A stretch of 64,000 nucleotides of DNA, from NCBI GenBank assembly GCA_963662315.1, contig OY759353.1:4512001-4576000 (forward strand), given 5' to 3'. Within the stretch, counting starts at the first letter, position 1; each line of letters begins with the position of its first letter. This DNA comes from Geopsychrobacteraceae bacterium (GTDB lineage: Bacteria > Desulfobacterota > Desulfuromonadia > Desulfuromonadales > Geopsychrobacteraceae). The translations under genes and the position numbers were made by a program. Positions 1 through 9,411 of the stretch are shown one piece after another. Under the pieces are notes generated by a model. It saw only the letters and a list, made by a program, of their open reading frames with translations, was not told the DNA's origin and made no database searches.

Positions 1-240
1 GTCCTGATTGGTAATGCTCCTGTGGCCTTGCTGGAACTGAATCGCATGTATATTGAAGATAATATTCGTCCGGCGCTGGTTATTGGAATGCCGGTTGGGT
101 TTGTTCACGTTGTCGAAAGCAAAAAGGAGCTGATCCAGACAGGACTGCCTTCTATCGTGTTGACCGGCCGACGTGGTGGGAGCCCCCTTGCTGTTGCGGC
201 GTTGCATGCCTTGTGTGGGCTGGCGAAAGATCAGGCCTAA
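1..240 (+). CDS. cbiC: Precorrin-8X/cobalt-precorrin-8 methylmutase, 3' part (runs off window start)
   Basis: Frame 1 from base 1 reads VLIGNAPVALLEL...PALVIGMPVGFV...GRRGGSPLAVA, the CbiC/CobH C-terminal motifs; cbi operon context. Confidence 0.9.
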   Translation, partial: VLIGNAPVALLELNRMYIEDNIRPALVIGMPVGFVHVVESKKELIQTGLPSIVLTGRRGGSPLAVAALHALCGLAKDQA

Positions 241-299
241 ATTCTCCTGTTTGGCGCTGGCATAGGCCTGGCAGCAGATAGGTTGGAAGCATTGTTGAA

Positions 300-1502
300 A
301 TGATACTCAAGCGTTTTAAGTCGGTTTGTCTGTTAACAACATTCATGTTGTGTTGTTTGCACCCCGTATGTTGGAGTGCGCCCTCTGCCGGTAGCGATCA
401 GGTGGTTAAGCAACAGACCATGGTGACAGAAAAGAAAGTATCCTCTCGGGTCAAGCCGACCGGAGCAACCGGGAAAGCGTTTGAAGCCGAGGGGAAAAAG
501 CAGAATAGCCCTTCAGACTACAGTCGTTGGCTCATGCATCTGTCCTTCTGGCCACGCAAAGGGATGCTGCTTCTGGAACTGGCGCTGTACATTGGTGCCG
601 GGATTTTGGTCGGGCAGATTCTCGAAGTGTCCGGGACTATGCGTATTTTGTCGGTACTGACCTGGCCTCTTACCGCTCTTGGCAAGATTGGACGTGATGC
701 CGGGCCTGCCTTCTTAATGGCCTTTCAGTCTGGGGCGGTGGCCAACAGTATGCTGGTCGGTCAACGTGATGCCGGGACCATTGATAACCGGGAACTGTAC
801 ACCTCTGTTTATGTCGTGTCGGCACTGTCTCTGTTTGCCCATCTGCCCACTTTTGTCGTGCCGATTGGCGTTGCCTTCGGCTGGGAGGCAACCGCAGCAC
901 TGTTTGGCGTGCGTTTTCTGGCCATTGGTCTGCAGATCTTGCTGACGCTGCTGGTTTCCAGATTTATCCTGGCCCGTTACTGGCATGGCAGTGCCATTGA
1001 AGCTGACCGTGGCGAACAGGTTAAAATTTATAGTCGCCGCGAGCGCAAGGGCGGGTTTTGGGTTACTGTCTGGAAACGCTCACGCAAAACCTTACAGCGT
1101 TTACTGATTTGCCTGCTTCCGACCTTCCTTTGCATGTCGTTGCTCGAGTATTATGGTTTTTTTAAATGGCTCGGCGATACCATGCCGGAACTGTTTACTT
1201 TTAAGTTTCTACCCGTTGAGTCGGTGGCTATCATTCCGGCCCAGGCCCTGAGTCTGTATAATGGTGCGATTGCTGCTGCCAATTTCATCGATGCCGGTCA
1301 GATCACCACCCGCCAGGCCGTTATTGTTATCCTGTTTGGCTCGATGGTGACGGCACCGGTAAGAACTCTGCGCCACGCTTTGCCGACCTACATTGCCATT
1401 CTCGGTGCCAGAACCGGTATGGCTATCGCGATATCGGCCCAGATTATACGGGTTCTGTTTTTGTTGCTCTGCACCTTCGGATTAATGCTGTTATGGCGTT
1501 AA
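300..1502 (+). CDS. Multi-pass membrane protein, nucleoside-recognition (Gate)-like domain; possible transporter
   Basis: 400 aa; signal-like N-terminus, charged linker, then many hydrophobic helices (AFLMAFQSGAVANSML, RHALPTY); embedded in cbi operon. Confidence 0.6.
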   Translation: MILKRFKSVCLLTTFMLCCLHPVCWSAPSAGSDQVVKQQTMVTEKKVSSRVKPTGATGKAFEAEGKKQNSPSDYSRWLMHLSFWPRKGMLLLELALYIGAGILVGQILEVSGTMRILSVLTWPLTALGKIGRDAGPAFLMAFQSGAVANSMLVGQRDAGTIDNRELYTSVYVVSALSLFAHLPTFVVPIGVAFGWEATAALFGVRFLAIGLQILLTLLVSRFILARYWHGSAIEADRGEQVKIYSRRERKGGFWVTVWKRSRKTLQRLLICLLPTFLCMSLLEYYGFFKWLGDTMPELFTFKFLPVESVAIIPAQALSLYNGAIAAANFIDAGQITTRQAVIVILFGSMVTAPVRTLRHALPTYIAILGARTGMAIAISAQIIRVLFLLLCTFGLMLLWR

Positions 1503-1526
1503 CAACATTTGAATAGAGAATTGATT

Positions 1527-2267
1527 ATGCATAAAAAAACTGCCCAGGCGGGTCACTTTTACGCTGTTGGCGTTGGTCCCGGGGAGCCTGACCTGCTGAC
1601 CTTGAGAGCCGCCCGGCTGATTGAGTCTGCTGATGTTATTGTGACACCGCAATCAGATAAGTCCGGGGAAAGTATCGCCTTACGGGCCGTGAAGGATTTT
1701 GTCCACGCGCAGGAAGTTGTGGTTCACCAGTACCCCATGACCCGGGAAAATGTCAAAACCCGGCAACGCTGGGCGGACTTGGCGCATGAGGTCAGTTCTT
1801 TATGCCTGGCGGGTAAGTCGGTGGTGCAGATCACCCTTGGTGATCCGCTGATCTATGCGACCAGTTCTTATCTGCTGGAAGCTCTCAGTGAATTACTCCC
1901 GGTTGAAAATCTGCATCTGGTGCCAGGCATCAGTGCTTTTCAGATGGTCGCCAGCCATTTTGGCAGACCTTTAACCCTGCAGGAAGATCGCCTGTTGATC
2001 ATGCCGGGGACGGATCTGGCTGCCGTTGAAAAAGCCTTGTCCAACTGCGAAACCCTGGTGCTGTTTAAAGCGGCCACCCGTCTGCAGGAACTTGTGGCCT
2101 TGCTTGAGCGTCATCATCTGCTGGCGCATACAAGTCTGGTCAGTGCGGGAGGGCAGGGAGATCATGAACAGGTTATTCCCGATCTGAGTCAGTGGCAGAT
2201 GGAACCTTTGGGTTATATGACCACCATGGTGATCCATCTTGGGCAGCGGAGCTGGCGGGAAGGGTAG
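1527..2267 (+). CDS. cbiL: Precorrin-2 C20-methyltransferase-like protein (paralog 1)
   Basis: FYAVGVGPGEPDLLTLRA, YPMTR, ITLGDPLIYATSSY, VPGISAF motifs of the CbiL/CobI family; ATG 1527 preferred over TTG 1509. Confidence 0.8.
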   Translation: MHKKTAQAGHFYAVGVGPGEPDLLTLRAARLIESADVIVTPQSDKSGESIALRAVKDFVHAQEVVVHQYPMTRENVKTRQRWADLAHEVSSLCLAGKSVVQITLGDPLIYATSSYLLEALSELLPVENLHLVPGISAFQMVASHFGRPLTLQEDRLLIMPGTDLAAVEKALSNCETLVLFKAATRLQELVALLERHHLLAHTSLVSAGGQGDHEQVIPDLSQWQMEPLGYMTTMVIHLGQRSWREG

Positions 2268-2270
2268 CCG

Positions 2271-3344
2271 ATGCGCAATGGTTTGACAACCGGAACCTGT
2301 GCTGCTCTGGCGGCCAAGGCTGCGGCCATGCTGCTGATCAGTGGGAATAAACCCAGCCGGGCCGAGGTTCCTTTGCCGGATGGCAGCCGGGTCAGTTACG
2401 CTGTATCTCAATTACGGTTTATGCAGGGTGGTGCGTCCGCCGCGGTGATGAAAGATGCTGGCGATGATCCCGATATTACCCACGAAGCCTGGGTCGAAGC
2501 CACGGTCTGCCTGAACGGGACCAAGAAAACCCGTTTTTTTGCCGGCCCTGGCGTCGGAACCATTACGCGGCCGGGATTGGCTTTGCCTCCCGGTGAAGCC
2601 GCTATTAATCCGGGACCGCGCGAGCAGATTATTGCTGCTCTCAATGAAGTCTGCCAAACCGGTTATGATGTGACGGTGAGTGTTCCTGGCGGCGAAGAAC
2701 TGGCACAGAAGACCTTTAATCCCCGCCTTGGCATTGTTGGCGGAATTTCCATTCTGGGTACCTCCGGGCGGGTTCGTCCGTTCAGTGTTCCGGCATTGCA
2801 GGCCGCTCTTAAATGTGCCCTTGATGTTGCCATCGCCAATGGTGAAGATGAGCTGGTGCTCGTTCCTGGCCATATGGGAAATCGTGCGGCACAGCAACAT
2901 TTCAAGGTTCGTGCTGAGCAGATTGTTGATGTCAGTAACGAGTGGGGATATATGCTCGGACTGGTTGCGCCGTTGAAATTAAACAAGTTAATGGTCCTCG
3001 GGCATCCGGGTAAACTGGCAAAAATTCCACAAGGGCACTGGCAGACCCATTCCTCCCAGTCTCCGTCACCATTGCCCTGGCTGCACCAGCTCTGTCAGAA
3101 ATTGAATATCAGCACAAAAACCGAGCAGAATACGGTAGAAGAGCTGTTCATGATCTCGCTGTCTGGAAAGGAACGTTTGTGCCTGGCCCAGAAGGTGGCG
3201 GGTGAGATTGCCCACAAAATTCAGGAAAAATTTCCGGGAACGCCGGAGGTGACAGTGGTTCTAATCAATCTGGCCGGTGATATTCTGGGGACTTCTGTCT
3301 GTACGGCTGACGAGCATCGTTTTGAGATGCATGAGGCGTCCTGA
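2271..3344 (+). CDS. cbiD: Cobalt-precorrin-5B C1-methyltransferase
   Basis: GLTTGTCAALAAKAA, KDAGDDPDITH, TFNPRLGIVGGISILGTSG signatures. Confidence 0.95.
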   Translation: MRNGLTTGTCAALAAKAAAMLLISGNKPSRAEVPLPDGSRVSYAVSQLRFMQGGASAAVMKDAGDDPDITHEAWVEATVCLNGTKKTRFFAGPGVGTITRPGLALPPGEAAINPGPREQIIAALNEVCQTGYDVTVSVPGGEELAQKTFNPRLGIVGGISILGTSGRVRPFSVPALQAALKCALDVAIANGEDELVLVPGHMGNRAAQQHFKVRAEQIVDVSNEWGYMLGLVAPLKLNKLMVLGHPGKLAKIPQGHWQTHSSQSPSPLPWLHQLCQKLNISTKTEQNTVEELFMISLSGKERLCLAQKVAGEIAHKIQEKFPGTPEVTVVLINLAGDILGTSVCTADEHRFEMHEAS

Positions 3345-3359
3345 GCGTGATGGTGCTGA

Positions 3360-4001
3360 ATGGCTAAGATGAAACCGATCATTGTCGCCGGCTGTGGACC
3401 GGGGCATCCCGATTACCTGTGCCCAGTGGTTAAAAAGGCCGTGGACAGCGCCCAGGTGCTGGTTGGCGCTCCGCATCTGCTGGAACTGTTTGCTGACCTG
3501 AACTGTGAACGGATTATCGTTCAGGGGAGCATGTCTGTTGTGCTTGAAAAGGTCGTGAACTTTGCGCCTCAGCAGATCGTGATTCTGGTTTCAGGAGATA
3601 CCGGACTGTACAGTCTCGCCCAGTTGGTCATCAAGCGCTTTGGGCGGGAGAATTGTACGCTGTTGCCGGGGATTTCATCCGTACAGGTTGCTTTTGCCCG
3701 CTTGGCCCTCGATTGGAGTGACGCACTGCTGGTTAGTGCCCATGGACGCTTACCGCAACTCACCACTAACGATCTGCAACAGCACGCCAAAGTTGCTATC
3801 CTGGCCGGAACGCTTGATGCTATCAACTGGTGTGCCGCACAGCTTGACATGCTGCACGATGAATATCTGGTTGCCAGTTGCGAAGATCTGACCCTGGCGA
3901 CGGAAAAGCTGCAGATGTTTTATCGTGGTAGCGATCTCGTGAAGGAACGTTTTTCTTCGCGGACCATTTTTGTTTTTTTACGGAAAGAGTTATTGGCTTG
4001 A
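3360..4001 (+). CDS. cbiE: Cobalt-precorrin-7 C5-methyltransferase (stand-alone CbiE, no CbiT domain)
   Basis: GCGPGHPDYL, LVSGDTGLYSL, PGISSVQVAFARL, SAHGR, CEDLTL motifs; 213 aa. Confidence 0.88.
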   Translation: MAKMKPIIVAGCGPGHPDYLCPVVKKAVDSAQVLVGAPHLLELFADLNCERIIVQGSMSVVLEKVVNFAPQQIVILVSGDTGLYSLAQLVIKRFGRENCTLLPGISSVQVAFARLALDWSDALLVSAHGRLPQLTTNDLQQHAKVAILAGTLDAINWCAAQLDMLHDEYLVASCEDLTLATEKLQMFYRGSDLVKERFSSRTIFVFLRKELLA

Positions 4002-4720
4002 AAGCAGGCAGTCTTTTCATTGTTGGTGTCGGTCCCGGCGATCCTGAACTGTTAACACTGAAAGCCGTCCGTGTGTTACAGGAAAGCTCACATGTTTTCG
4101 TTCCTGTGTCCAAACTGACCAGAGAAACCTGGTTGCGTGACGTGGTGGTTTGTTATGCGCAGCCGGACTGTACTGTTCATGAAGTCAGCTTCTCTGTGGC
4201 TCCTGACTGTCAGTCAAGGACTGATCACTGGCAGCAGACGGCAACAGATATTGCTGAGCTCTTGCGGGGTGGTGCCGATGTTGCCTTGGTCACATTGGGG
4301 GACCCCCAGCTTTATTCAACGTCTCTCTATCTTATTCGGGCGTTGCAGCTGGTGGCGCCGGAGCTCAAGGTTAACATTGTACCGGGGGTCAGCTCGGTAT
4401 CTCACGCTGCCGCACTGACCGGGTTTGCCCTGGGAGAAGGGACTCAGCCGGTGACCATTTTGCCATCAGTAACCGCTCTTGATACGGTCCGTTCGGCTCT
4501 TAAGTCCGGCGGTACTCTGGTACTGATGAAGATCGGTAAACATTTACCGGATCTTATTGAGCTGCTTGATGAATATCAATTACTCGATGACGCGGTTTTT
4601 ATTGCCCGTGCCGGATTGCTCGGTCAGCATATTGAGACCGATCTGCGCCAGCTGCGCGGCGCTGCCGCTGATACTGGCAATCTTGCTGTTATTCTTATCC
4701 ATACAGAAGGCGTATCATGA
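3998..4720 (+). CDS. cbiL: Precorrin-2 C20-methyltransferase (paralog 2)
   Basis: VGVGPGDPELLTLKAVR, VTLGDPQLYST, VPGVSS, LVLMKIG; lies between cbiE and cbiF; TTG start overlaps the cbiE stop. Confidence 0.85.
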   Translation: MKAGSLFIVGVGPGDPELLTLKAVRVLQESSHVFVPVSKLTRETWLRDVVVCYAQPDCTVHEVSFSVAPDCQSRTDHWQQTATDIAELLRGGADVALVTLGDPQLYSTSLYLIRALQLVAPELKVNIVPGVSSVSHAAALTGFALGEGTQPVTILPSVTALDTVRSALKSGGTLVLMKIGKHLPDLIELLDEYQLLDDAVFIARAGLLGQHIETDLRQLRGAAADTGNLAVILIHTEGVS

Positions 4721-5475
4721 AGGTTTATTTTGTCGGGGCAGGTCCTGGCGATCCCGAATTGTTGACGGTTAAAGCTCAGCGCTTGTTAAAAGAATGTCGT
4801 ATTTGCATCTATGCCGGGTCGCTGGTAAGTCCCGAAGTCGTTGGTCTGGTTTCGGCAGATGCCCAGCTGTATGATTCAGCGGGCATGTCTCTGGACGACA
4901 TGGAGGTGGTATTTTGTCAGGCCCGCGATAGCGGTACTGACTTGGTTCGCTTGCATACCGGTGATCCGTCGATCTATGGTGCGATTCGCGAGCAGATGAA
5001 TCGCCTTGACGAGCTGGGCGTAGCTTACGAAGTCATTCCGGGGATCAGTTCCTTCCAGGCCGCTGCGGCAGCCTTGAAGACCGAATTGACGGCTCCTGAA
5101 GTGTCCCAGACGATTATTCTCAGTCGCACTTCAGGGCGCACTCCGATGCCGGAAAAAGAGGAGCTGGAAATCCTGGCCCAGAGTCGCTCGACCTTATGCC
5201 TGTTTCTGTCGGTCCATAAAATGGCGGATGTTGCCGAGGAGTTGGCAGACTGGTATGGGCAGGATTGTCCTGCTGCTGTTGTTTTTCATGCCTCCTGGCC
5301 CGATGAAAAAATCGTGCGCGGGACCCTGGCCGACATAGGGCAGAAGGTTGAAGAGGAAGATATCCGTAAAACCGCGATGATTATTGTCGGGCAGGCGCTG
5401 TCACGTGATATTCCGGTTTCCAAGCTTTATCATCACGCTTTTACCCACGGTTACCGTCAGGGTGATGGAAAATGA
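4717..5475 (+). CDS. cbiF: Cobalt-precorrin-4 C11-methyltransferase
   Basis: VYFVGAGPGDPELLTVK, YAGSLV, RLHTGDPSIYGAIREQM, ELTAPEVSQT, SKLY..FTHGYR. Confidence 0.95.
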   Translation: MKVYFVGAGPGDPELLTVKAQRLLKECRICIYAGSLVSPEVVGLVSADAQLYDSAGMSLDDMEVVFCQARDSGTDLVRLHTGDPSIYGAIREQMNRLDELGVAYEVIPGISSFQAAAAALKTELTAPEVSQTIILSRTSGRTPMPEKEELEILAQSRSTLCLFLSVHKMADVAEELADWYGQDCPAAVVFHASWPDEKIVRGTLADIGQKVEEEDIRKTAMIIVGQALSRDIPVSKLYHHAFTHGYRQGDGK

Positions 5476-6254
5476 AGCTGGCTGCGGTCACCTTCTCTGT
5501 CCCCGGACTGAGGGTCTGTCAGGCGGTCAAAGCAGGCATTCCGGAACTCGATATCTTTCTGCATGACAGTATCCATGGGCATGTCGGGGTGACGCTGTTC
5601 AGCCGGGTCCTGGAACTGACACCACAGCTGTTTCCCCGCTATGACGGATTGATCTTTGTTGCTCCCTGTGGCGTGGTCGTGCGTTCGTTGGCTGGTTGTC
5701 CGCAGAGTAAGTACAAAGATCCCGCTATTGTTGTTGCCGATGTCGGTGGGCGGCATGTTGTCAGCCTGCTCAGTGGGCATGAAGGGGGGGCAAATGATCT
5801 GGCGGTGCAGGTTGCCAACCTGATTGACGCAGAGCCGGTTATTTCCACTACGACCGAGGCGGTCAAGGATCTGATTGTCGGTGTCGGCTGTCGTAAGGGG
5901 AAAGCCAAGGCGGATATAGTGGCCGCAATTGAGAAGGTCCTGGCCGATAACGCTCTGCCCCTTGAGCGGGTCCGTTATATTGCAACGGCCGGAGTGAAAA
6001 AGCACGAAGCCGGTTTGCTGGCAGCGGCCAGTGAACTTGATATACCATTACGAATTATCGCTGATGACACCATTCGTAACTGTCATCAGAATTTTACATC
6101 ATCAGACTTTGTCACTGCCCAGGTTGACCTGCCGGCAGTTGCCGAACCGGCTGCTCTGTGTGCCGGAAGGAGGACATCATTAATCGTCAGGAAACAGGCG
6201 CTGTCGGGAATCACGATAGCAATAGCCCAGGAAAATTGTACGTCGTTGGCATAG
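5472..6254 (+). CDS. cbiG: Cobalt-precorrin-5A hydrolase
   Basis: KYKDPAIVVAD, SLLSGHEGGANDLA, PVISTTTE, VGVGCRKG, VAEPAAL. Confidence 0.92.
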   Translation: MKLAAVTFSVPGLRVCQAVKAGIPELDIFLHDSIHGHVGVTLFSRVLELTPQLFPRYDGLIFVAPCGVVVRSLAGCPQSKYKDPAIVVADVGGRHVVSLLSGHEGGANDLAVQVANLIDAEPVISTTTEAVKDLIVGVGCRKGKAKADIVAAIEKVLADNALPLERVRYIATAGVKKHEAGLLAAASELDIPLRIIADDTIRNCHQNFTSSDFVTAQVDLPAVAEPAALCAGRRTSLIVRKQALSGITIAIAQENCTSLA

Positions 6255-6958
6255 GCCCGGGAAATCCCCTTGATCGCACCAGGAGAGCTGAAGAAGCGAT
6301 TCTGAACAGTCAGCTGATTGTCGGCTATGGCCCTTACGTTGACTCTATAGCTGATCTCTGCACTGGCAGGCAAACCCTGACATCCGGTATGCGCCAGGAG
6401 TCAGAACGCTGTCGCGCGGCTTTGGACGAAGCCGTTTCCGGGACCACTGTTGCGCTGATATCTTCAGGTGACTCAGGGATTTATGGTATGGCCGGTCTGG
6501 CGATGGAGATGGCAACGGCTGAAGGCTACCAGGTTGAAATTGAGGTTATTCCTGGAGTGAGCGCCTCGAATGCCGCAGCTGCACAGCTTGGTGCTCCGTT
6601 GATGCTCGATTCTGCGATCATCAGCCTGAGTGACCTGCTGGTGCCCTGGGAGCAGATTGTGGCACGTCTTAAAGCTGTTGCGGCAGCGGATATGGTGGTC
6701 TCGCTCTATAATCCACGCAGCAAAAAGCGTGTTTCTCAACTTGAAGAAGCGGCAGCAATTTTCAGTGCCGAGCGGCCGGTAACGACACCGGTTGGCATTG
6801 TCACCGCAGCCAGCCGTGCAGAACAGCAGGTTGTCTATTCCGATCTCGGTCATTTTCTTGATGAAGAAATCGGGATGAACTCTATTGTTATTATCGGCAA
6901 TAGCAGCACGGTTATGCTTGATGGCCGGATGGTAACCCCGCGGGGCTATTATCGATGA
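6158..6958 (+). CDS. cbiH: Precorrin-3B C17-methyltransferase (true start uncertain, overlaps cbiG)
   Basis: GKLYVVGIGPG, ISSGDSGIYGMAG, LGAPLMLD, ISLSDLLVPWE, LYNPRSKKR, MVTPRGY. Confidence 0.93.
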   Translation: MCRKEDIINRQETGAVGNHDSNSPGKLYVVGIGPGNPLDRTRRAEEAILNSQLIVGYGPYVDSIADLCTGRQTLTSGMRQESERCRAALDEAVSGTTVALISSGDSGIYGMAGLAMEMATAEGYQVEIEVIPGVSASNAAAAQLGAPLMLDSAIISLSDLLVPWEQIVARLKAVAAADMVVSLYNPRSKKRVSQLEEAAAIFSAERPVTTPVGIVTAASRAEQQVVYSDLGHFLDEEIGMNSIVIIGNSSTVMLDGRMVTPRGYYR

Positions 6959-7719
6959 TCCTGCTGTTTGGGGGGACGTCTGAAACGGCTGACATTGCCA
7001 CCTCTTTGGCAGATCTCGGGTTTTCTGTCCTGGTTTCAACCGCGACTGATGCGGAATTGAATGTCGGCAGTCATCCTCTGATTGCCAGACGCTGTGGCCG
7101 GCTTGATGGTCATGCCATGGCAGCGTTGATTGCTGAACAGGAGGTGCGGCTGGTGATTGATGCCGGTCATCCCTATGCTATTGCGTTGCACGAGACGGTT
7201 GCCGAGGTTGCACAAAAGCTGCGTATTCCGTGTCTGCGTTATCAACGTCAGCATGGCAAGTATGATGCCGATAATCTGTTTGAAGTTGCTGATCACGAAG
7301 AAGCGGCTCAGTTGGCTGCCTCATTTGGCACGCCAATTCTATTGACCTCCGGTTCGCGCAATCTGGCTCCTTACGTCAAAGCTGCTCAGGAGCAGGGGGT
7401 TCCCTTGTTCGCCAGGGTGCTTCCGCATCCAGATTCTAAGGCTGCCTGTGATGAGGTTGGTTTGCCCGAGAGCAACCGGATATTTGCCCGCGGTCCTTTC
7501 AGCGTTGAGCAGAATCATGCGCTGATCGCTGATCATCGGATTGGTGTGATGGTCACCAAGGAGAGTGGCCCGCAGGGCGGGGTTGCCGAAAAAATTGCCG
7601 CGGCCCGGCAGGAAGATTGTTTGGTTATCCTTATTCGTCGACCGGAGTTGCCGCGTTCCTGTGAACGGATATGTGTTGATCTTCCGTCCCTGCTGGGGGC
7701 AGTCAAAGAGCTGGCTTGA
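6955..7719 (+). CDS. cbiJ: Precorrin-6A/cobalt-precorrin-6A reductase
   Basis: ILLFGGTSE, IDAGHPYA, ARVLP, ARGPFS, VTKESG..GG..EKI.AA, IRRP. Confidence 0.93.
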   Translation: MILLFGGTSETADIATSLADLGFSVLVSTATDAELNVGSHPLIARRCGRLDGHAMAALIAEQEVRLVIDAGHPYAIALHETVAEVAQKLRIPCLRYQRQHGKYDADNLFEVADHEEAAQLAASFGTPILLTSGSRNLAPYVKAAQEQGVPLFARVLPHPDSKAACDEVGLPESNRIFARGPFSVEQNHALIADHRIGVMVTKESGPQGGVAEKIAAARQEDCLVILIRRPELPRSCERICVDLPSLLGAVKELA

Positions 7720-7721
7720 TT

Positions 7722-7760
7722 TATAAAATGGCGCATGTTTAAGCTATGCGCCATTTTATA
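7722..7760. terminator. Intrinsic terminator after cbi operon (likely bidirectional)
   Basis: Perfect 15-bp inverted repeat TATAAAATGGCGCAT...ATGCGCCATTTTATA just after the cbiJ stop. Confidence 0.8.
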
Positions 7761-7827
7761 TGATTGTTGCTATTCCTGTCTTTAAGAGCCCTTACGAATA
7801 ATCAGATCGCGTGTGGTTGGGCAATAT

Positions 7828-7856
7828 AAAAAATACCCCGCAGATTTCTGCGGGGT
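7828..7856 (-). terminator. Intrinsic terminator of peroxiredoxin gene
   Basis: ACCCCGCAG-ATTT-CTGCGGGGT hairpin followed on the minus strand by a T run. Confidence 0.75.
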
Positions 7857-7898
7857 TCATAAAATGCCTGGAAAGCGATTTCAGTTCAAAGCAGCTGA

Positions 7899-8540
7899 TT
7901 ATTCCAATGGCTTATGGCAGAACCACCAGTCATACCCGTCAACCGTTTGTTTGATCTGCTCAGCCGAATCAACGTCCATCGGAGGTGGAATAATAACACG
8001 ATCACCTATGAGAGAATTGTTTGGCCAGTTGGCCGGCATAGCTCCTTGCTGGTCTGAAATCTGGAACGCCTTGACGGCACGCAGGATTTCGTCAATATTG
8101 CGGCCGACTTCCATTGGATAGTAAAGGATCAGACGGACATAGCCCTGCGGGTCGACCAGAAACACCGCCCGGACGGTTTGGGTCCCCATCCCCGGATGCA
8201 ACATGCCGAGTTGCGCAGCGAGACTGTCGTTGGCGGCAATAACCGGAAATTTGATCTCAACCCCGAGATTATCTTTAATCCATTCAATCCACTTGATGTG
8301 GCAGAAAATCTGATCGATGGAGAGCCCGATCAGCGCGCAGTTCAACGCCTCAAATTCACCAAATTTTTCCTGAAAAGCAACAAATTCCGTGGTGCAGACG
8401 GGAGTAAAATCTGCCGGATGGCTGAACAGGATGAACCATTTGCCCGCCATATCGTCTGGCAGGGTCATCGGGCCCTGGGTGGTGAGGACCGACAGGGTTG
8501 GAAACTGATCGCCGAGCAGTGGCATTTTCGCTTCTTCCAT
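7899..8540 (-). CDS. Peroxiredoxin (Prx6-type AhpC/TSA)
   Basis: [43 protein letters not shown] 8540 has AAGGAG 8 nt upstream. Confidence 0.93.
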   Translation of the reverse strand: MEEAKMPLLGDQFPTLSVLTTQGPMTLPDDMAGKWFILFSHPADFTPVCTTEFVAFQEKFGEFEALNCALIGLSIDQIFCHIKWIEWIKDNLGVEIKFPVIAANDSLAAQLGMLHPGMGTQTVRAVFLVDPQGYVRLILYYPMEVGRNIDEILRAVKAFQISDQQGAMPANWPNNSLIGDRVIIPPPMDVDSAEQIKQTVDGYDWWFCHKPLE

Positions 8541-8787
8541 GATGGACACTCCTTGTGATATTGGCATCGTGCGCTTATGTTTATAATCTTAAGCAAGGAT
8601 TATTCCTATTTGTTGAGAATCTTTTCTTGATGATTTAACAATATGAAACTATTGAATAAAATCTTTATGGAGCGCATTATTTTCGGGCCTTTAGGAAGGC
8701 AGACATTGTCCGATTTTGACAACGGAGAATTTTTTTGAGATTCAGATGTGAAATGGAGAAGTAGTGCTTATCAGGTGTTGTTTGAGA

Positions 8788-8817
8788 GCTTCGGATTCGC
8801 AGCAACGAACCCGAAGC
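8788..8817 (-). terminator. Hairpin downstream of OsmC-like gene
   Basis: GCTTCGGATTCG...CGAACCCGAAGC near-perfect stem, 13 nt past the stop. Confidence 0.45.
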
Positions 8818-8830
8818 AGCTTGACAATGT

Positions 8831-9223
8831 CTAAATTGTAACCATTTCAATTTCAGGTGGATTTTCCAGGGTTTTCTTGACCGCACATTGTTCTGCTGCA
8901 CGCAGAATCGCTTTTTGGTATTTCGCCGGAAAAACCTCGGGAAGTTTGAGTTTAATGATGATTTTTGTTGTCGTGTGAGTCGCCTCGTCTCGTTCCAAGT
9001 CGAGGGTCAGTCCCAGACCTGCCGTTTCTATATCACGTTCTTTACAAAAGCGTTGAGCAAAGAATCCTGTACAGGTCGCCAGACCGGCCAGAAACAGATA
9101 GTATGGATTCGGTCCTGCATTGCTGCCACCGTTGCTTTCTGGCTGGTCGGTCAGGATGTCAAATCCATCGACATTGGCGTTGATCTGAACGCCTTCAAGA
9201 AACGTAACATCAATTAATGCCAT
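8831..9223 (-). CDS. OsmC-family protein
   Basis: TDQPESNGG..GPNPYYLFLAGLATC and EQCAVKK (two conserved Cys); AAGGAG upstream. Confidence 0.85.
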   Translation of the reverse strand: MALIDVTFLEGVQINANVDGFDILTDQPESNGGSNAGPNPYYLFLAGLATCTGFFAQRFCKERDIETAGLGLTLDLERDEATHTTTKIIIKLKLPEVFPAKYQKAILRAAEQCAVKKTLENPPEIEMVTI

Positions 9224-9375
9224 AAAAGTTGTCTCCTTAGTGCAATAAGGATGAAGGGTGTAACATCAGGTTGTTTTCCCTTCATAAGTGAGGTCATTTT
9301 CTGTTTTAGATTCTATCACTTAGCGTGTTTTTTTAACCATTCGTTAGACCATATAAAAACACCAAAAATATTCTG

Positions 9376-9404
9376 TTGCCAATCATTCTACGTTCTGTTA
9401 AATT
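9376..9404 (+). promoter_or_regulatory. Sigma70 promoter with extended -10
   Basis: TTGCCA (9376-81), 17 nt spacer, TAAATT (9399-9404) preceded by TGn; ATG 7 nt downstream. Confidence 0.55.
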
Positions 9405-9411
9405 TCGCGCC

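Noticed and set aside
8570..8670. PerR/Fur-like box upstream of peroxiredoxin
   Set aside because: Only a half match (TTATAAT) in AT-rich DNA; no convincing palindrome
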